50,013 nucleotides of DNA, filler included, from Catajapyx aquilonaris (GCA_000934665.2; 3 parts of 3 records of this genome joined end to end with filler, not necessarily neighbours in it), one strand, 5' to 3'; positions 1-15,349 are shown, counted from the first letter of the whole stretch. Program-made: numbers and translations. The notes: generated from the letters alone by a model not told the origin.

Positions 1-265
1 GAGGCGGACTTAAGTTGCTAGATGGCTCTGCTGTTGCCAGGTTATGCCATATCGCATCGTTGGTTACTATCCGAGCGCCATCTATCAACAAAACAGTCCG
101 CTCGCCTAGCGCCTCTCACCTGACGCGTCTGAGCGCGCCCGTTCCTTGTCTATGAACCCCCTCTAGATGGCGTTTCCGGACACTGGTTCCTATGTCAAAA
201 ATACTTGTCTTGGTCTCCTCTATTACCCCTGAAAGTCTTTGCAGAGTTACAATAAACACCCTGTA
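1..265. mobile_element. Right end of a Tc1/mariner-like non-autonomous element (left part outside window)
   Basis: Ends in CACCCTG|TA (257-265), the reverse complement of the TA|CAGGGTG terminus typical of Tc1/mariner. Similar TACAGGGTG termini occur at about 4005 and 28654. No transposase is seen. Confidence 0.4.
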
Positions 266-3200
266 TTTTAAATACGGCAAGTAGGCTCCGAGTGTCCAGT
301 CATTGCATTACGGCATCTCCAAGCCCTGCATGCCCTAATAGCCACGCAGCTAATAATGCAGGCTACGTAACAATTGCTCAAGTAGATACGATTAGGACGA
401 ATCAAACCCCTGCCTTTACACAACGCATGGCCTCATGCAATCTGGGAGGCATGAGTTGTCAACTTGTTCAACACTGACGAGACCATCACTCCAATAAGCT
501 ACTTCATAACCCGCCCGCCCTACTCATCATATTCATATTTCGCTAGAAAATAATATTATTTTAAAAGTTATTTAATAACGTTTGAAATATTTATAAGCTA
601 CAGTATTACTATGGGGCTGTCGTGTCCACTATTCAGGCGATGTCGCCGGATAAGGGAATCTGTTCAAATATTCAAAGCCGTGCTTGTACCATGAAGAGCT
701 CTTGCGGTCAAAAGAGAGGGGGAGGTCAAGAGTTTGGCTACTCCTCCAGGGGTGTCATCATGGCCAGGACGGTCAGGATCCCACCAGCTCTTCGGCACGC
801 TCACTTGAATCAAAATGAAACGCTTAAGCAAGTATGCCAGCCAGGAAGCCACCATCACGCGCCCACATTCAGTCCAAAAGAAGTAGCTGAAGTGGAATCC
901 AAAATTGGGCAAAAATAGAGCAACTAATTCTCTCATCCGCATTTTGTCACATTAGCTCATCTTATTCCGACCCGATTTCCAGGCGCATGAAACGTCCTCC
1001 AAAATGCGAGCACTATTATTTTCCGACGGAATATCCCAACAATAGAATATTTCCTGTTGACATGGGAAGCTGCACCCCCACAGCCTACATTTTGCAGTAC
1101 CCCCACCCCCCATGAGTACTTTTCACACACCGCAGGGCAAATAATACTCTTCCCCCCTATATAGTCCGTTTATTACCCCAGTTGGCTAAGCTAATGATAT
1201 TTATAGAGTGGGAGTGCGCTGGCCCCTATTCATGATTTAATTACGAGCCTGGGGATTGCGCTGCATCATCTCAACCTTACTAAAATCGCACTTGGGGCTA
1301 TTTGGAAAAGGCAAGGGGGGGGGGGGGGAAAGACTGCTGAATCACACAACTCCGCCATATTTGCTTGCTGATACAACCCCGCCAATTATTTTTTTAAATA
1401 TAAAAAATAACAATAATAAAACAAGCTAAATCCCTACTGGCCTACTGGTTGGCTCTCTCGTCAAGCCAACTCTGGCCTATCTATCTCCACTTGATCGACC
1501 TCGGAAGCCGTTCCTCAAAATAAAAGTGCTCCTCTGGGAAATTGTAAACTAGAAGGGGAGGAAGTAAATGGTCCGAAGAGCGCCCTAAAGACGAAGGGGG
1601 CCCTTAGAAAAAAAAACCCGAAGAAAAAACCGAGTGTCACCCTACCGCATTATAAATCATGCGAAGGAGAAGCGATTGCGAACTCTGGGCTGCTTATTGA
1701 ATGATCCTACTTCCATCTCCAAATGTCTCTTGATGGCGCCTGTGCAGTACCAGCAGGATCATATTTCCAGCTGGGGGTAGCGGTTGAGCATGTCCGCAAT
1801 GCTAACAGTAATCTATCCCAGAAATGGGTTTGTCAATTACCATGATTTTGCTCAGTGAAACAGATGCGATTTGGGGTTGGGCAAAATCGTTTGGGGATGT
1901 TGCATCATGTGTGTGGGGGAGTGTGTAATGCGGGTGATGACATGATTGTCTGGAGATGAGGAGTAGACTGGTAGCCTATATATGCTGGCATCATCATCGA
2001 GAGTGTGGGTCTATATTATCTCGAAATTGTGAAAGTTATGTGCTGTTGGGCGAGACTTAGCAGAGAGTTGTATGGTTGGCTGAATTAAAATTGTGTTTGA
2101 AAGGAGACCAATGCAGATGAATGGGCTGTGCATAATTGACCATGCGGGTAGATATGGCATCGTGTTGTATTTCCATGATTTTGCTGAGCCGAAGCTTTCA
2201 AAATAATTACATCCTATCCATTTTCCTGCTATTTATTTTTGTGCAGACTAATCTACTTTTATCATATCGTCTCCCTCATGTGGTGTATAAATACATTCAA
2301 CTGCTGAACAGTATTTGACATGCAATATTATTACTGTATATCCATATCCTCCCGTACAGGCATCTATATTATACACTGATTAATTACATCAATACAGTAT
2401 ACACTCGATTAAAAGCATAATTTGCCAGATTTGATATCGGCAGAAATGTCAATGTCTATTGATTTATGCATATAAAGTGGTGCTTTTGTTAATTTCAACA
2501 AGCCGACAACGCTTGTTCAGTTCAAAAGTTCATTCTGTAATCACTAACAGTATCAAGCTTCCTTGAGTGCAAACTACTTGAGGAGATGCGCTCCAAAACA
2601 AACTTTCTACAGTATATAATGCAAGATTATTGTCCCAAGGAGTTACATTTCTGCTCGCCCTAAAAGCACTCTTATAATCATTTCAGGGAATACACACATT
2701 CTGAATACTTAATTATTATTCCCAACTTTCGGAAAAGCTGCGTTTGCTATGAGGAGGGTATAAAATAAAAGGGGTTGTCCCCATTTCCTGCCACAACAAT
2801 ATACAGATATAATACAGTCTAGTATAGCATGAATATTGTACTGTATACAATATATGAATATTGAAATGATGAAATCGGTCTTAATTTCATATACTGGACA
2901 CCACTTGACCCATTCACTGTGTAGAACCTAACCTTTGGTAACCGCTATTACTTTAAGACTCTATTCGTGACTAAACAAAATAATTTCAGCATTAACCCAT
3001 GACGTGTCCATTACTCATAATTATTACCCAGTATCCATCCCAACAGCTCCTCATTGCCCTCTTACAGCCCCATCGGCAAGTCCTCCCCTAAAGCTCCCAC
3101 GATATTTCTCCCCGCTGCAGTTCATTTCCCGCTCCTCCAACTCGCTCCCTCTACTCGCTCCAAGGGTAGGGGGATATCTGCATGACTGGAGGTAAGCACA

Positions 3201-6200
3201 GGTGACTAATGCCGACGGCTATCGATCGAATTCCCCCCCCCCCCCCCCACAAATCCAACCCACCCAAAGTTTCCTCCTAGGCTAAATGCGGCGTCGTATC
3301 GGCGCCATGACGCTGCTGTCTGCCCCCACCCAAGATAGATTTGGGCCCAATTTCATTCGAGAGAGTACGTCGCGCGACCTTTTCTCGCACGCCACTTTCT
3401 TCCAACTTCACTACTTTATACAGCCCACTCACGACAAACAGATCTGCCGTAATGCGGTTTCCAGTTGCAAAGTCAACGTCGATTCGATACTGTACAAACA
3501 AAGCTTTTTTTTAAAAATGGGTAGGAGATTATGTGGATTCTTGCGATCTTGCGTTCAAATCACTGTTGGTACAGTACCAATGGGGTCCTTAAAGTCGACA
3601 TTTAAAAAACAAAATAAGGCAGACTATAGCATTCTGCTTCATAAGCTCCTCAAGGCATCTCAGACCACCTGTTGTTCACGGCTTCAAACTAGCTCTGTAT
3701 CTGAATTGAACGAATCGGAAGCAAGACGTCCGAAAACTGACTGGGTTTTTCAAACGTCAGCAAAATAAAAATAAAAAATGAGCCAAATATTGCCCCAGTT
3801 TTGAGTGGAATAAATACGATTCTGCATGATGCTTCGTAGCATTGCAGGGCTACCAGGTTTATTCGAGTATATCTCAAATGTCCCTTATTCAATGGTATGT
3901 AAAAAGACACCGGCGTTAGCACTGGATGGATGACATACAGCTCATATTACTATGAAATCAATACTGTGGGATAAATATTTCACTGGCAATATAGCTACTT
4001 TATATACAGGGTGATTCAATGAATCCCTGCTCATTCAGGTAACCAGAAGTGTGTATTTCCATAGATGACTGTTAGCTTAATATTACAAACATTTTCATTA
4101 CACACGTTTAATATTAATAAAACCATCCAAATGCAGCTTAGTGGAATTCACTGAACCCTCATCCAACTGCCAGGCTCTCACGTAAGCAAAACAGGCTGTT
4201 CACACCTTCTGTTTTCATATTAACTTTATTCTTACCCATTCATACAATGTTAAACATGACACCCAAAACCCGCCCTACAACACACACAAAAATAGCGCTT
4301 ACGGCGGCAATGAATTCTATTTTAGCATCGACTACAATTCAAGGTTGCCACTTGACAAACAACTGAATTACTACTCCACACAAAAACTCTCATATCAGCA
4401 AGTCCTCGTAATGAAACTGCATCTCACGCACCTATCCCTCAGAGCATATCTTTATACCCTTTCTAGCATTAAAAAAATACCATATTCCTACCCCCAAGTC
4501 CCAAGAGATATCACCTCATTCCCAATTCATCCAAACTCGTAAGTGCATCCCTCGCACATCGTAATTACACGCCCTATACGAATACCCCAGACGCCTCTAA
4601 CTCCTAATAACTCGCCCAGCTTCATTACTTTCGCCAATAAAAAAACTCTAACACATTTTTTTTAAAAAAACCAAAAATTCTCGGTTCTATCTGCATTTTA
4701 GGTCTAGTCCAAGGCGCGTCCTTGCAGTCACCATCTGCAGTGTTGAAAAATCGATTCCCCTGCACCACTCCACCCACCCTTAAAATTGGGCCAAAAAGTC
4801 CTAAAAAGAAAAAGGTCTGCCCCACTTGGGTTATTTGGGAAGCCGGGGTATATATCGAGGGCAGTCACCGGTCTCTCACCTCAAATGCAACGGCGTGGTT
4901 AGAAGGGGGTAGGGAGGTCCGGGGAAATGGGGGAAGGAGAGCCTAGCATTGGGGGGGGGGGGGNATCGAGCAAACCGAAGCCTGCATAAGCACATTCATC
5001 AGATGCCCCTTTGTACTGGCTCAGTCTGATGGAATGTTCTATCCGACCTGTGTACTGTATACACAGTGGACGTCTCTAAGAAAAAGTTTGTGTATATTGT
5101 TTTGTAATGGGAGACACGTGGTGTTTATGACCCGAGTTGGTGACTCATTTTTACAGCGGATTTGGATAGACCTTCAACATCGTGGCAGAAGAGTGGTCAA
5201 CTTCTAGGGAGTTTTAGCAGGAGGTTCGAACCGGAAACATGGGCTAAATTCATCCTGGTCGTTGTTTATTCCAGTGTCGCCAACTGTGAAAATTTTGGGC
5301 AGTATACCGGATACTGAAGAATAATCTGGGCGTATCTTGTGGTTATATGACTACACGGAAGTCCACTAAGTTGAAGATAAGTTTCGCAATGTTGCTTGGA
5401 TATCCGGAGGAAAGGTGGTAGAAATGGGACCACGTTCCCAAACTATGCAACAATTAGGTGCAGAATAATGACAGGTTCCCATCCTCCTTACAGTAACCGT
5501 CACGTATAGGCTTGGGAAATTGCGCCAGATGAAGAAAATTAATGAAATTAATTGAAATGGTATTAAGAAATTTGATAAGTCGATTGCACACAATTACGAA
5601 ATATTCTGGCGTTTTCATTTCAGTATTCTTTACTTTCATAACGGTAAAATGTCCACTTTTCATAATCCTGTTTGAGTACAGGCTGTGACAGTTATGTGAA
5701 GTTTGCATACATGCACGACATATTTAATCAACAGTAAGATCAAATTATTTGAAAGTTTTTGACGTTATCACGAGCTTTTACATGCTTTAAGATGCCCTCA
5801 ATTATTATGACTTCCTGTGATTCCGGACTCCACAAATCATGGCATAATCTCTGGCATGTCCTGCCCTGAGTCCCAACCATATACATTAAAAAAAACATTA
5901 ATAAAAAGCTCTTTGTTATACGATCAGTCTGTGAATATGCTGGTATGCTAAAACATTGGAAATATTTGTTTACAAAACTAGGGGGTCAATTTTTTTTTTC
6001 TTTCCTAATGTGACTGCATCATTTATCAGGACCTCAACAGTTGAACCTACACATAACGGAGCTGTTGGTCTCACATATCACGCGTCCCTTTAAAAATGTC
6101 GGAAAAGCAAGGGTGTCGCATAGGCCTAATCACGCATTCACACTTTTTATGTCGCCTGCAAGTCCTTAGGGAACCGGAAATTCCAGTCCAGATATCATTC

Positions 6201-9200
6201 AGCCAGATTACACTAACCGCAATTTTGTCCCCTACTCGCGTATTCAGATTCCCTCGGTGACAGACGCACAGTAGGCTTATGTTACTGTAGCCCATCACAA
6301 TCAGTCCATCAATGCATCATGATGTATGATGTATGAGCCCCATTTTAATGATTATATGCCTAAATAAACGGCAGTGAATGAAATATAATACAATATTAAT
6401 AATAAAAACCAGGCAAATCCCAAACATCATCAGTACGCCACTCGACATTCGACTTACTCGTATCTGGAGTGCCCTTATCAAGAAAATGAACAACCTTCCG
6501 CTATGAGACGTGCTCATCAAAATCCTCTTAATTAACAAATAGCCTGTCTAAATAATTACCTACGCAGGCATATACATGAGCCGAGCTATGCTCTCGGAAA
6601 TTAAACCCCATATAATACAACACAATAATATATACAAATATAACCTAAATGTAAATATTTACCTAACAGCCATATATGAACAGCTTTCTGCTCGTGGCCT
6701 ATATCACGTTGTTCAAATATTTAAATAAGCGCAAGACTACTACTATTCAGTGTTTTCCAATTCGTCGATACCTGTCGCATCAGGGAGTCCAGAAACTACA
6801 TTTCTCCCCCTGAAAATATCATCAGACGGGGAAAATATCTAGAAACCCCTAAAAGTGCCAATTCACCTTGTTTACCTACACGTTCGATGCTGATAGATGA
6901 GATTGGTTAAGTTATAGATTGCTGTGGGCGTTTCGACGGTTGCGTCGATATCGAAAATTCCCTTTCCTGTAATTATATCCGCATATAGGAAGCAAACTGC
7001 ATGGTGAGGCAGAGGTGGAAACGAACTTTCTCGTGTTCCCCGTATTGCTATGGAAACGGAATCAAAATCTGCCAACTCTCCATCCTAATAAGGTTTCATC
7101 CGGCCTTCGGAGCTCTGCTGCTGCTTTTCCCGACGGATATACACACACCTGATGATGCTATCGGCACTGCATAAGTTACTTCTAGTGCACTCGGGGATCA
7201 AAGCAATCGCAATCATGCTATAGGAAGCTGAGCTTTCATGTTCTGGCCCTGATGCGGTTAGGTGCCGAGTGGCTGCAGGTATATACCTGAAGGATCCACT
7301 TCAATCTGATATATAAGGCCGAACTATTCTGGGATCTGGATTACATCACACTGCAGAACAGTAAGCAACGAAGCTGTCCATTTCCAGCTGGGGGTGATAA
7401 AATTTTCAAATCTCCAAAATGAAGGAGACAGCTGCTATGTATACGCTATAATTATACAATACATAAAGTTAATGAATACCCATTTTTTACTTCATGATAA
7501 CCGATATACATAAATGCTATTTTGTGGTACTCTTTCTAAAATGAATTTTCAAAATGTAGCAGTTTTTTAAACATAAAAATACGTCAGTGTTATTGGGGGA
7601 AAGACACCTGCCTTAAGGGGAGGGGGCGGTCAAGATTTTGTTTAAATCAAAAAATGATAAAGAATGGATAACCGGCAGAAGTATATCTCAAGCCCCCTCC
7701 CTACCGCTCCCCAAATTGGTTAAAATTACCTTATAACAGGGAATTCCATTCTCAAACATGTCAGCACTTCACATTTTCGTCTGTAACAATTTATTCGCTG
7801 ATTGAATTCACTCAGGAGCAATTGGAGGTCAACTTGGAAACTTTTTGAGATCTTTTGGCAAGAACGCCTAACATGGAGAAGGCCCGAGAGAGGCCCAAAA
7901 ATTAGCTTTATGATGAAACACAAAAAAATTATAGGGGTTACCCCCTGTCGGATTCTCAGTAATGAATCGGGTGGAGAGATATCTCCTTCCTGATAAGAGG
8001 AGTGCACAAGCCAAATGGACCACAATTACGCAGTTGAAAGCAGTAGGCGAGTTGATAGAGGCTACTGGCCAGTAGGACAGGCGTTCGATACCTCCTCGGG
8101 TACCACATTTTTTTCAGTCGAATAAAATAAATATCAGGCGGCCACTGAATGCAAGATTCACCACTACTTCGCAGTGGTGTCCAGTGGAATATCGCGGACT
8201 TTTAAAAAAGCTACTGGGGATGCGCAGAACGTCGACGCGATTTTAGATATGCAATTTTCGTGTAGGCTTGGTTCTATACCTTCCTGTCTCTTTCACATCT
8301 CTCCTATTCTCCCTCTCCACGCCCACCCCCATCCCCTTCCCAGGGCAGGCGGAATTTTTATTTTATAAGAAGGATTCATGTCATCGAATTTGTCTGGATG
8401 GACAACATCTTGTGCTCCTGGAATTTCTTCAACTCCTATCTCACTTATTCAATGGAGAAAAAAAAAAATTGTGCTTGTCTGGGTTCGAACGCGAGCTCTT
8501 ACAATTAGGCCTAACAAGATGCGACGCTAACCATTCGTCTACATTCGCTAGCAGTAGACATCAACCTCTTGGAAGTTGTATTTTACTGCAGGATTTAATA
8601 TCAGGCATATGGCTAGCTGTTCCTTCTCATTTCAAGAAAGCATATGTAAAATGTCGGTACTAGTAATTAATTCCTTAAAAACCTGATTACATTTTCGAAT
8701 ATTTTAATATGGATTATTATTATTATTATCATCACCATCATCATTTTTATTGGGAAATGACAACCCTGTAATTATGAGAACAATCGCCAAATGAAGTGTG
8801 GTTCTTGAGTCAGCAAATGAAACAAGACTGTTGTTTTCATATTGCAATGGTATATCGAAAAACCCGCCAGACTCACTCTCATGCGCTTCCCACCTCTCAC
8901 CATTTAATAGGACAATCAGTGCTGCATTGTACCTCACAGTTTCTTAATGAGCACAGGTAGCACCTTTTGTATTTAATCCGCCTTTTCGTCGATGGGCGTA
9001 GCCAAAACATCCGCCGCTGCCATTCTGTCCCTCACGTTGAAATGATGCCGGATGCTGCCGATGATAGCCCTACCGTTTATGTACTCTATTACACATCGGG
9101 ACACTATCATCATCTGTTACACCTGCTGCCACGCCTCTCCATCACGCCTTCTTTACCCATCACCACCTTCTGATGGCCTGCTCATTTCCCCCTCCTCCCC

Positions 9201-12200
9201 AATGGTTATGCTGATCGTGCATCATGAACTTTCCAACCCACACCCATATCGCAAACGACCAGCGATTCAAAAGACCACCGGCTGTCCGCCACATTTTCCG
9301 CAATATCCCATATAAAACTAATCAGCTCCCAGGTTCGAACCCAAACCAATCGATAAGCTTCGTGACTTTTGTTTAGAAGAAATGGGAGCTGAAAGGTCTA
9401 GAAATAGACATGGGATTTCAGGGTTTGGAAATAAAAAAAATGGAAGCCTTGGGCACAAAATAATGTAGGAGCTGCAAATATTATCTGGCTGGGGGAATGC
9501 AAATAATTAGTATTCAGAGGATAACGCTATCGGGAGCAGACAGGTTTTTTTTTCTGTCTACCTTCCCGTTTTCCCCTTGTATCGCCCCAGAGTACACCGA
9601 GTTGCACGCAATTAAAAATTCAAGCGGAATATTCCCCGTGCCTATGTGACAGAAGACATGTCATGTGTCCGCTAGTTGAAACGACGGAACATCCACCGGA
9701 ACTGCCATAACATCCAGTGACTTAGCGCGACCGTGTTTCCGTCATGTTTGCGACATGTTCCGACGTGGGATAGCCCCCCTCCCCCCCCCCCAAAAAAAAA
9801 TTATAGCCACACTTTTAGCGGTAGACAACCTCTAATGAAGTTATACAGGGTACTATCTGTTGTTTTTTTTTTAAATTCCATGAATTCGGTGTACAGTGCA
9901 TCGGTGCCCAACATTATTTACATATTTTATTAATTTATACAATGCAGATTTGGACAGTCTACTATTCGCGACTGTACACTCCATATTTTTAGATCCCTTA
10001 TCATTTCACAAACCAGCACAACAAATTGCAAGCCTTCACACACTATCCATACATCGCCCTGAGGTTGGTGACCTTCCAGTTCCGAATAAAAAAGCCCGTC
10101 CCTGGCTACCAACCTCGCCAAAAATCCCCTAAAAATGCAACCACAGTGAATCCGCTTACTAAAAAGTGACAGTACNNNNNNNNNNNNNCCCCCCCCCCCT
10201 CCCCTAAAAAAAATGAGTCACCCTGAAAGTTTGCCCACGTGAGCATCGTCACGGTCACGTGGATTCCCGTTTTGACTCATAACAATAGGCAATGGGCTTG
10301 TCCAGTTGTTCATGTTGAGTTATTTACGGTTACGTTGTTGGCAGATTCCAAACGACAGGATCACCCGTCTGAACCTTGTATTTATTTATTTTTTATTTTC
10401 GTATCCAAAAGACGCAGGAAATAAAGTAGACTGAGGTTTGAACCACACCCCAGTGGCCGCAGCTGTCCTTGGCCATGGCGATGGCCTCAAGCAGCAAAGG
10501 GTGGGAGCAACCATCTGGAGGGAGAAAAAGAACCACCGGTCCTCCAAGTAGCCGGCCAGTAGCCAATAACCCCTGAAGGTGTTGTCCTCCCCCCCCCCAG
10601 AAACTTCCTGGTCGACCTCACAGAAAATGCGTCCACACGCACTGGTCAGAATAAAAAAAAGTCTATTCACGCAATTCTTTTGTCCAATTTTTTTTTCAGC
10701 GCACGAAACATTTGAAGGTATGCCCCCCATACAGATGAAGACGGCGGGAAAGGAAGCGGTGATGGTTGGACTAGCAAGTAAAAAAAAAAGTGATTAATCT
10801 GGGCGAAGGTCTCGATTGGCTCAAGTGGGCAGCGAATTAGTGTTCATAAGTGAGCTGACCTTCCAGACTGGTACTGTCACTAGAGGACACTAGTATATAG
10901 TTTTCTTACAAATCGGCTAAACAGATGGGCAAAACCGGGTAAAAACCAGCTGTGCCTCTACCTAATTGAGCCTGCTCAACCTCTGACATCTGGACAACCT
11001 CTCGAAACAAAGAGCCGCACTTTGATGGTCAGCAAAAAAAAAACGATATATATTTTTTTGAAAAATCAAGTTACGATCCAAATTCGCTTCTTCCTGTGGA
11101 GGAAACCCAGAAATAGAAGCTACCGACAATATATTATGATCATAGGAACATCAGGTTTGTCCCTATCGATCCGGACGTTGGCAAGCGCGCCGCATCTGAC
11201 GTCACAACCACCACGCTCTCCGCCCCCGCAAAATGGGCACGAGTTTGATATCACCCACCCACCCCCACCCCCTAAGTCTCCCATAAAAATAGAACCTGGC
11301 ATGAACAAAAGGTGAAACGGTGGACAAGCCACGCACCCACGCCATACACACTGACCGTTACGCAATGTCCGTTGTCCACCAAATAGCTCAATTGAACTCA
11401 TCATAGAAAGTGCACCTAAGATTGGTGCATACAGATGGTCCAGGTGCATTGTTATAAAACATAGGGGGAGTCCATGCCTGGAGCGAAAAGCTTGACTCAC
11501 TCTATCAACCCTAGCAACCCTCCCTTGCTGTTTTTTTTATATCGAAAAAAATATGGACATGCAGCACGCTCCTACTGCAGAAACAGGGTTGAATTTTTAG
11601 ACTATAGACAGAAGCTATTTCTTCACCTTTTGAGTCCTACCCAATGGCTTTTGACTCTAATTACAGGTTGTGTCAAAATTCGGTGTTCCTCCAAATTAAA
11701 GGTTATAGAGAGAGGGGAAAAAACGGAATCGCGTGGTGAGTTGAAAAACGGTCGTTCCCCGAAGATATGTTCGCAAACGGTTGTCCAAGTGCGTCACGCG
11801 AACTGTGCTCGAATAGCCGGAATTCTTCTGTTTCATGTACTATTGACCAACTATTGGCCGATGCTAAATTTGTACAAATAAATATTTAATTTATTATACC
11901 CCAGTTGGATTAATTAATAGCAAATTAAAACCCATATTAATTAAAGTGATATGGATCGCGTTACATTCTGTGTTGTAACGATGCCTATAAGTTATGGGAG
12001 GGAAACTCAGCAGCGTTCTGCTCAGTGCTGATAGGGCTATCTAGTATCTATCAAATTAGGACTAACTCGTTTTTCTCCATGTTGCCCACAGAGTGTATCA
12101 CTAACCCTTCAAAAGCAATGGGGATGCCGACCCGTTACCATGCCAACCGGCTCCGGATCCCCCGTACACATCCATGCGAGTAAAAGCAGTTGATTCCACC

Positions 12201-12529
12201 ATTTTCGACGGATAGCCCTCGACTACATCCTCTAATCATCAGGAAACGAGGTTTCCTTGTGCTCAATGAGTCCTTCCCCACCAATAAAAGTGCTCTAATA
12301 GTACATATCAGGTGACACTACGACAGCGACACGTCCCCTGCAGGAAATGTGCAGATGCCAAGTAGAAATTTTTTCCAATGTGGGTATGGCGTATTTCGGA
12401 TTCCATTTTCGTATGACTATAACTAAAATAGCAGCCAGTAGAAAACACTGAAGGTATCAGGTATGACACCATCTAAAAATGTCTGAACATTTTTTGAGCA
12501 TGTTAGCTGTCAAGGAACCTGTCACGACA

Positions 12530-12951
12530 GTGTTATCTACAGCCGCTCTGGGGATATTTGTCAACAACACTGTGAGGTACTATCCTAATGGCAATGTCTC
12601 CTGCCGTGGTCTCCTGTATTAAAGCAACCGCTTTTCCCATGCACGAGGGAATGACCTGAATCAATAGGCAGGCAACGGAGCAGCAATTCTTTATTCCTTC
12701 CTCGAAAACCTCACACCCTTTTTCTGAGGATGGTGTTGCACGTGCCAACCCAACTTCCACCTGAACAACCCCTGGAGACAACCATAGGGATACGTCAGGG
12801 GACACCCCAAAAGGATTTTGTGCATCGTCGGTCCCCTCCATTTTCCACCCTTTTCAATTTCAACCGCGTCAGATATGGAGCTCTTTCCCCCTACCCTACT
12901 CTTGACACTGGCCAATCAACAGTCACAGGCGTCCCCCTTCCCAACATGTAA
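12530..12951 (+). mobile_element. Highly degraded non-LTR retrotransposon reverse transcriptase fragment
   Basis: Frameshifted peptides 'SFLEN' and 'IRQGTPQ...SP...LFNF' resemble the SFLxxR and G(V/T)PQGxxLSPxLFN motifs of LINE RT. Confidence 0.35.
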
Positions 12952-13296
12952 ATCACCAGCGTAAAGGCAGAGAATGTATTCATCCAGTATCGATTTGACA
13001 TTCGCAAGCAATTAAACGCACCCATCACTTATTTTCTGCCTTCAGATCTTGATCGAATAGAGGGTGACACTTCTATCGGACACGCCTTTCATTTTCAGGA
13101 GCGACAAGATGTTGATAAGTTGACGACGATGCATACTGACAATGCTGAAAGTTTCGTCCAGCGTATGGTTTTCTTCCATTGACATCACCTTGGGCGAGTG
13201 CTGGTGGCGTCACGAGTCACTGGAGGCAAAACAGCAATTGATGAGTTAGCCACAGCTCGTGACGCCACCAGTATGACATCATTAATGTCCAGCACT

Positions 13297-13635
13297 AGAG
13301 AGGCGAAGTGGCGATGCGGTAACGTATGCGCCCACGGATGATAAGGTCCCGGGGGGTTCCCCCATTCATCTCGTGCAGAGTTCCGGGTCATCTCTAGCTT
13401 CGTCTTGGATGGTATCTCCGTTAAGACAAACCACCCGGGGGAGTTCACAAAACGACCACGAATAAGACATTGCACTGCACGTTGCACATCCCCTCCTGTC
13501 ATCCTGCCCGTGGGCCCAGGCATTCATTAAATAGGCACCATGTATATTGAACAACTAAAGTACCTTACAATAAAGGTCCATGCCATATACCCCTGAAGGG
13601 GTGAAGCATTACCCATAAATTATTATAATTATTAT
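13297..13635 (+). mobile_element. tRNA-derived SINE, family A, copy 1
   Basis: Colinear with 26951-27342 and 31082-31302 (GAGGCGAAGTGG...GCGCCCACGGATG...TTCATCTCGTGCAGAGTT...GGGGGAGTTCACAAAA...GCACATCCCCTCCTGTC). Ends in an AT-rich tail. Confidence 0.85.
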
Positions 13636-14439
13636 AACTTAATGAAAACTGGTCGCGGTCCCACTGAGATAGGAAAGAAATGAAAGCATCGGTTTCCAAT
13701 CGGGGGCTTCATATTGCTTTGGTTGGGACACGCCAGAGATTGACTACCTACGTCGGTTGCCATGGTAGCCCGGTCTAAACTTAAAACCGGGCTCTTATCT
13801 GGGCTCAGTTAATTTTTTCGTTAATTATTTAATAAAACTAGCGGATATTGCCAACTCGGCCGGACATATCCATCCAGCAGAGTGCCCATTTGGCACTGAG
13901 TAAATTTGCCCGGAGGATAAGCGTCCACGCTCCGCCCTGCATTAGTATTCCGGCGTTTTAATTGATTCAGAGAAATTAATAGTGAGTCAGAATGTCCAGA
14001 ATTACACGACTACTGGTTAGCCCGGGAATCGAAACCTGGACCTCCCAACAGTCAGAACAAATGGGCTAGGTCAATGTGTGACCCCGCCAAATGCAAGATG
14101 GGCTCTGTAAATATGGATGGGTTAGTTGAACGACCTGAAAACAAGCAACGTACGTGCTTATCATACATTATTCTCATGACCGTACCCCGCACGCTACTGC
14201 ATCGTAGGATATACCAACTTTTGTTCATTTAAAACCATAGAAGGTTTTACCAGTTTTGAATACAAACTCGGTACGTTCCCGGAATATCCAGCCAAGCAAT
14301 ATGACTTCTGTTCCTTTCATCCGCAGTGGGAAAACTTCCCACTTGGCGCATCCGAGCGGAAAACGAAGCAGCGAATGAATGAAATGCCTCCACCCTCGTG
14401 CCACTGACACTACCACATGACAACCATGACCCGACACCA

Positions 14440-15200
14440 CCTTACGAACCAAGAGGCTGTTGCACTCAAGTAATTACTCCGTCAAGTTTGCTCCAAATAT
14501 CCAAGTCATCGATGAATCATGCTCGTCATTGACCACCAGCTAATGACCTGGAGTTGCCAACCTGGATGGTCACCTAAACCTGGATCAATACAATCTCCCG
14601 ATGGTAAAAACAAGACAATGGATGTGGCCCATGCACTTGGGTTTGTTTGTGTTGCAGCTGCCAGTACGGTCATTAGGCCATGACTGGGCGTCATGCATCA
14701 CATGTGACAGGCTTTAATCGGCCAATTTGTATCAGGGCGGTGCATATCGGGTCAGAGACACTAGCCAAAATCGATGATCCGTATGGGACACTTACCTTCG
14801 AAAGTTCTGGTTTGCTGGCCACAAAGTCATCGAAGCTACCGGCGTTGACATGCACCAAGTACAGGAGAAGGCAGCAAAAGGCCAGCGTTAGACTGCCACC
14901 ACACTCCATCCTGGCTGAGTCCCTCCGTCCACCCAACTGCCTCTGCTTCTGGAAGACCCCAAGACCGGCCGGATCCCCAGCCCACCGAACGTGACTGCTT
15001 CAACGGCCGCTTCCACACTTCCCTTGTCTCCGCTTCCCTTGCCTGCCTTCAACTCTTGTTGAACCTCCCCGGGCGTCGGGCACACCGCGCCGTGCCAGTA
15101 GTTGTGGTTGGCCAGACGCGCCACTATCAGCCAATGGCGCTGCTATGCCGGCTAATCTCTGGTGCAGGGCACAGCCCCGCCATCTATTGTCCGTTGATTC
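14440..15200 (-). mobile_element. Possible degenerate LTR-retrotransposon gag/protease/RT remnant
   Basis: GC-rich stretch with broken minus-strand peptides: 'HGAVCPT' (zinc-knuckle-like), 'LVHVNAGSFDDFVA' (aspartic-protease-like) and 'FIDDLDIWS' (YxDD-like), in the expected order. The motifs are weak. Confidence 0.25.
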
Positions 15201-15349
15201 AGTTAGGAAGTGTGTCCTTTTCAAGCAAGCATCCTTTACTGAAATTTTCTATCCTGAACAGGTGTTCAAAAGCAATACAGAAATTATCTGGCAAACCTCT
15301 TCTGGGGCTAAACAAAACATTCTGTAACAGACAAGTATCTGCTAAAATC

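Noticed and set aside
1700..2230. Possible minus-strand LINE RT remnant (LDDDASIY)
   Set aside because: Too degenerate, with many stops; cannot be supported by eye.
292..12500. Numerous 60-160 aa ORFs in the first segment
   Set aside because: No recognisable domains or consistent exon structure; consistent with chance ORFs in intergenic or decayed repeat DNA.
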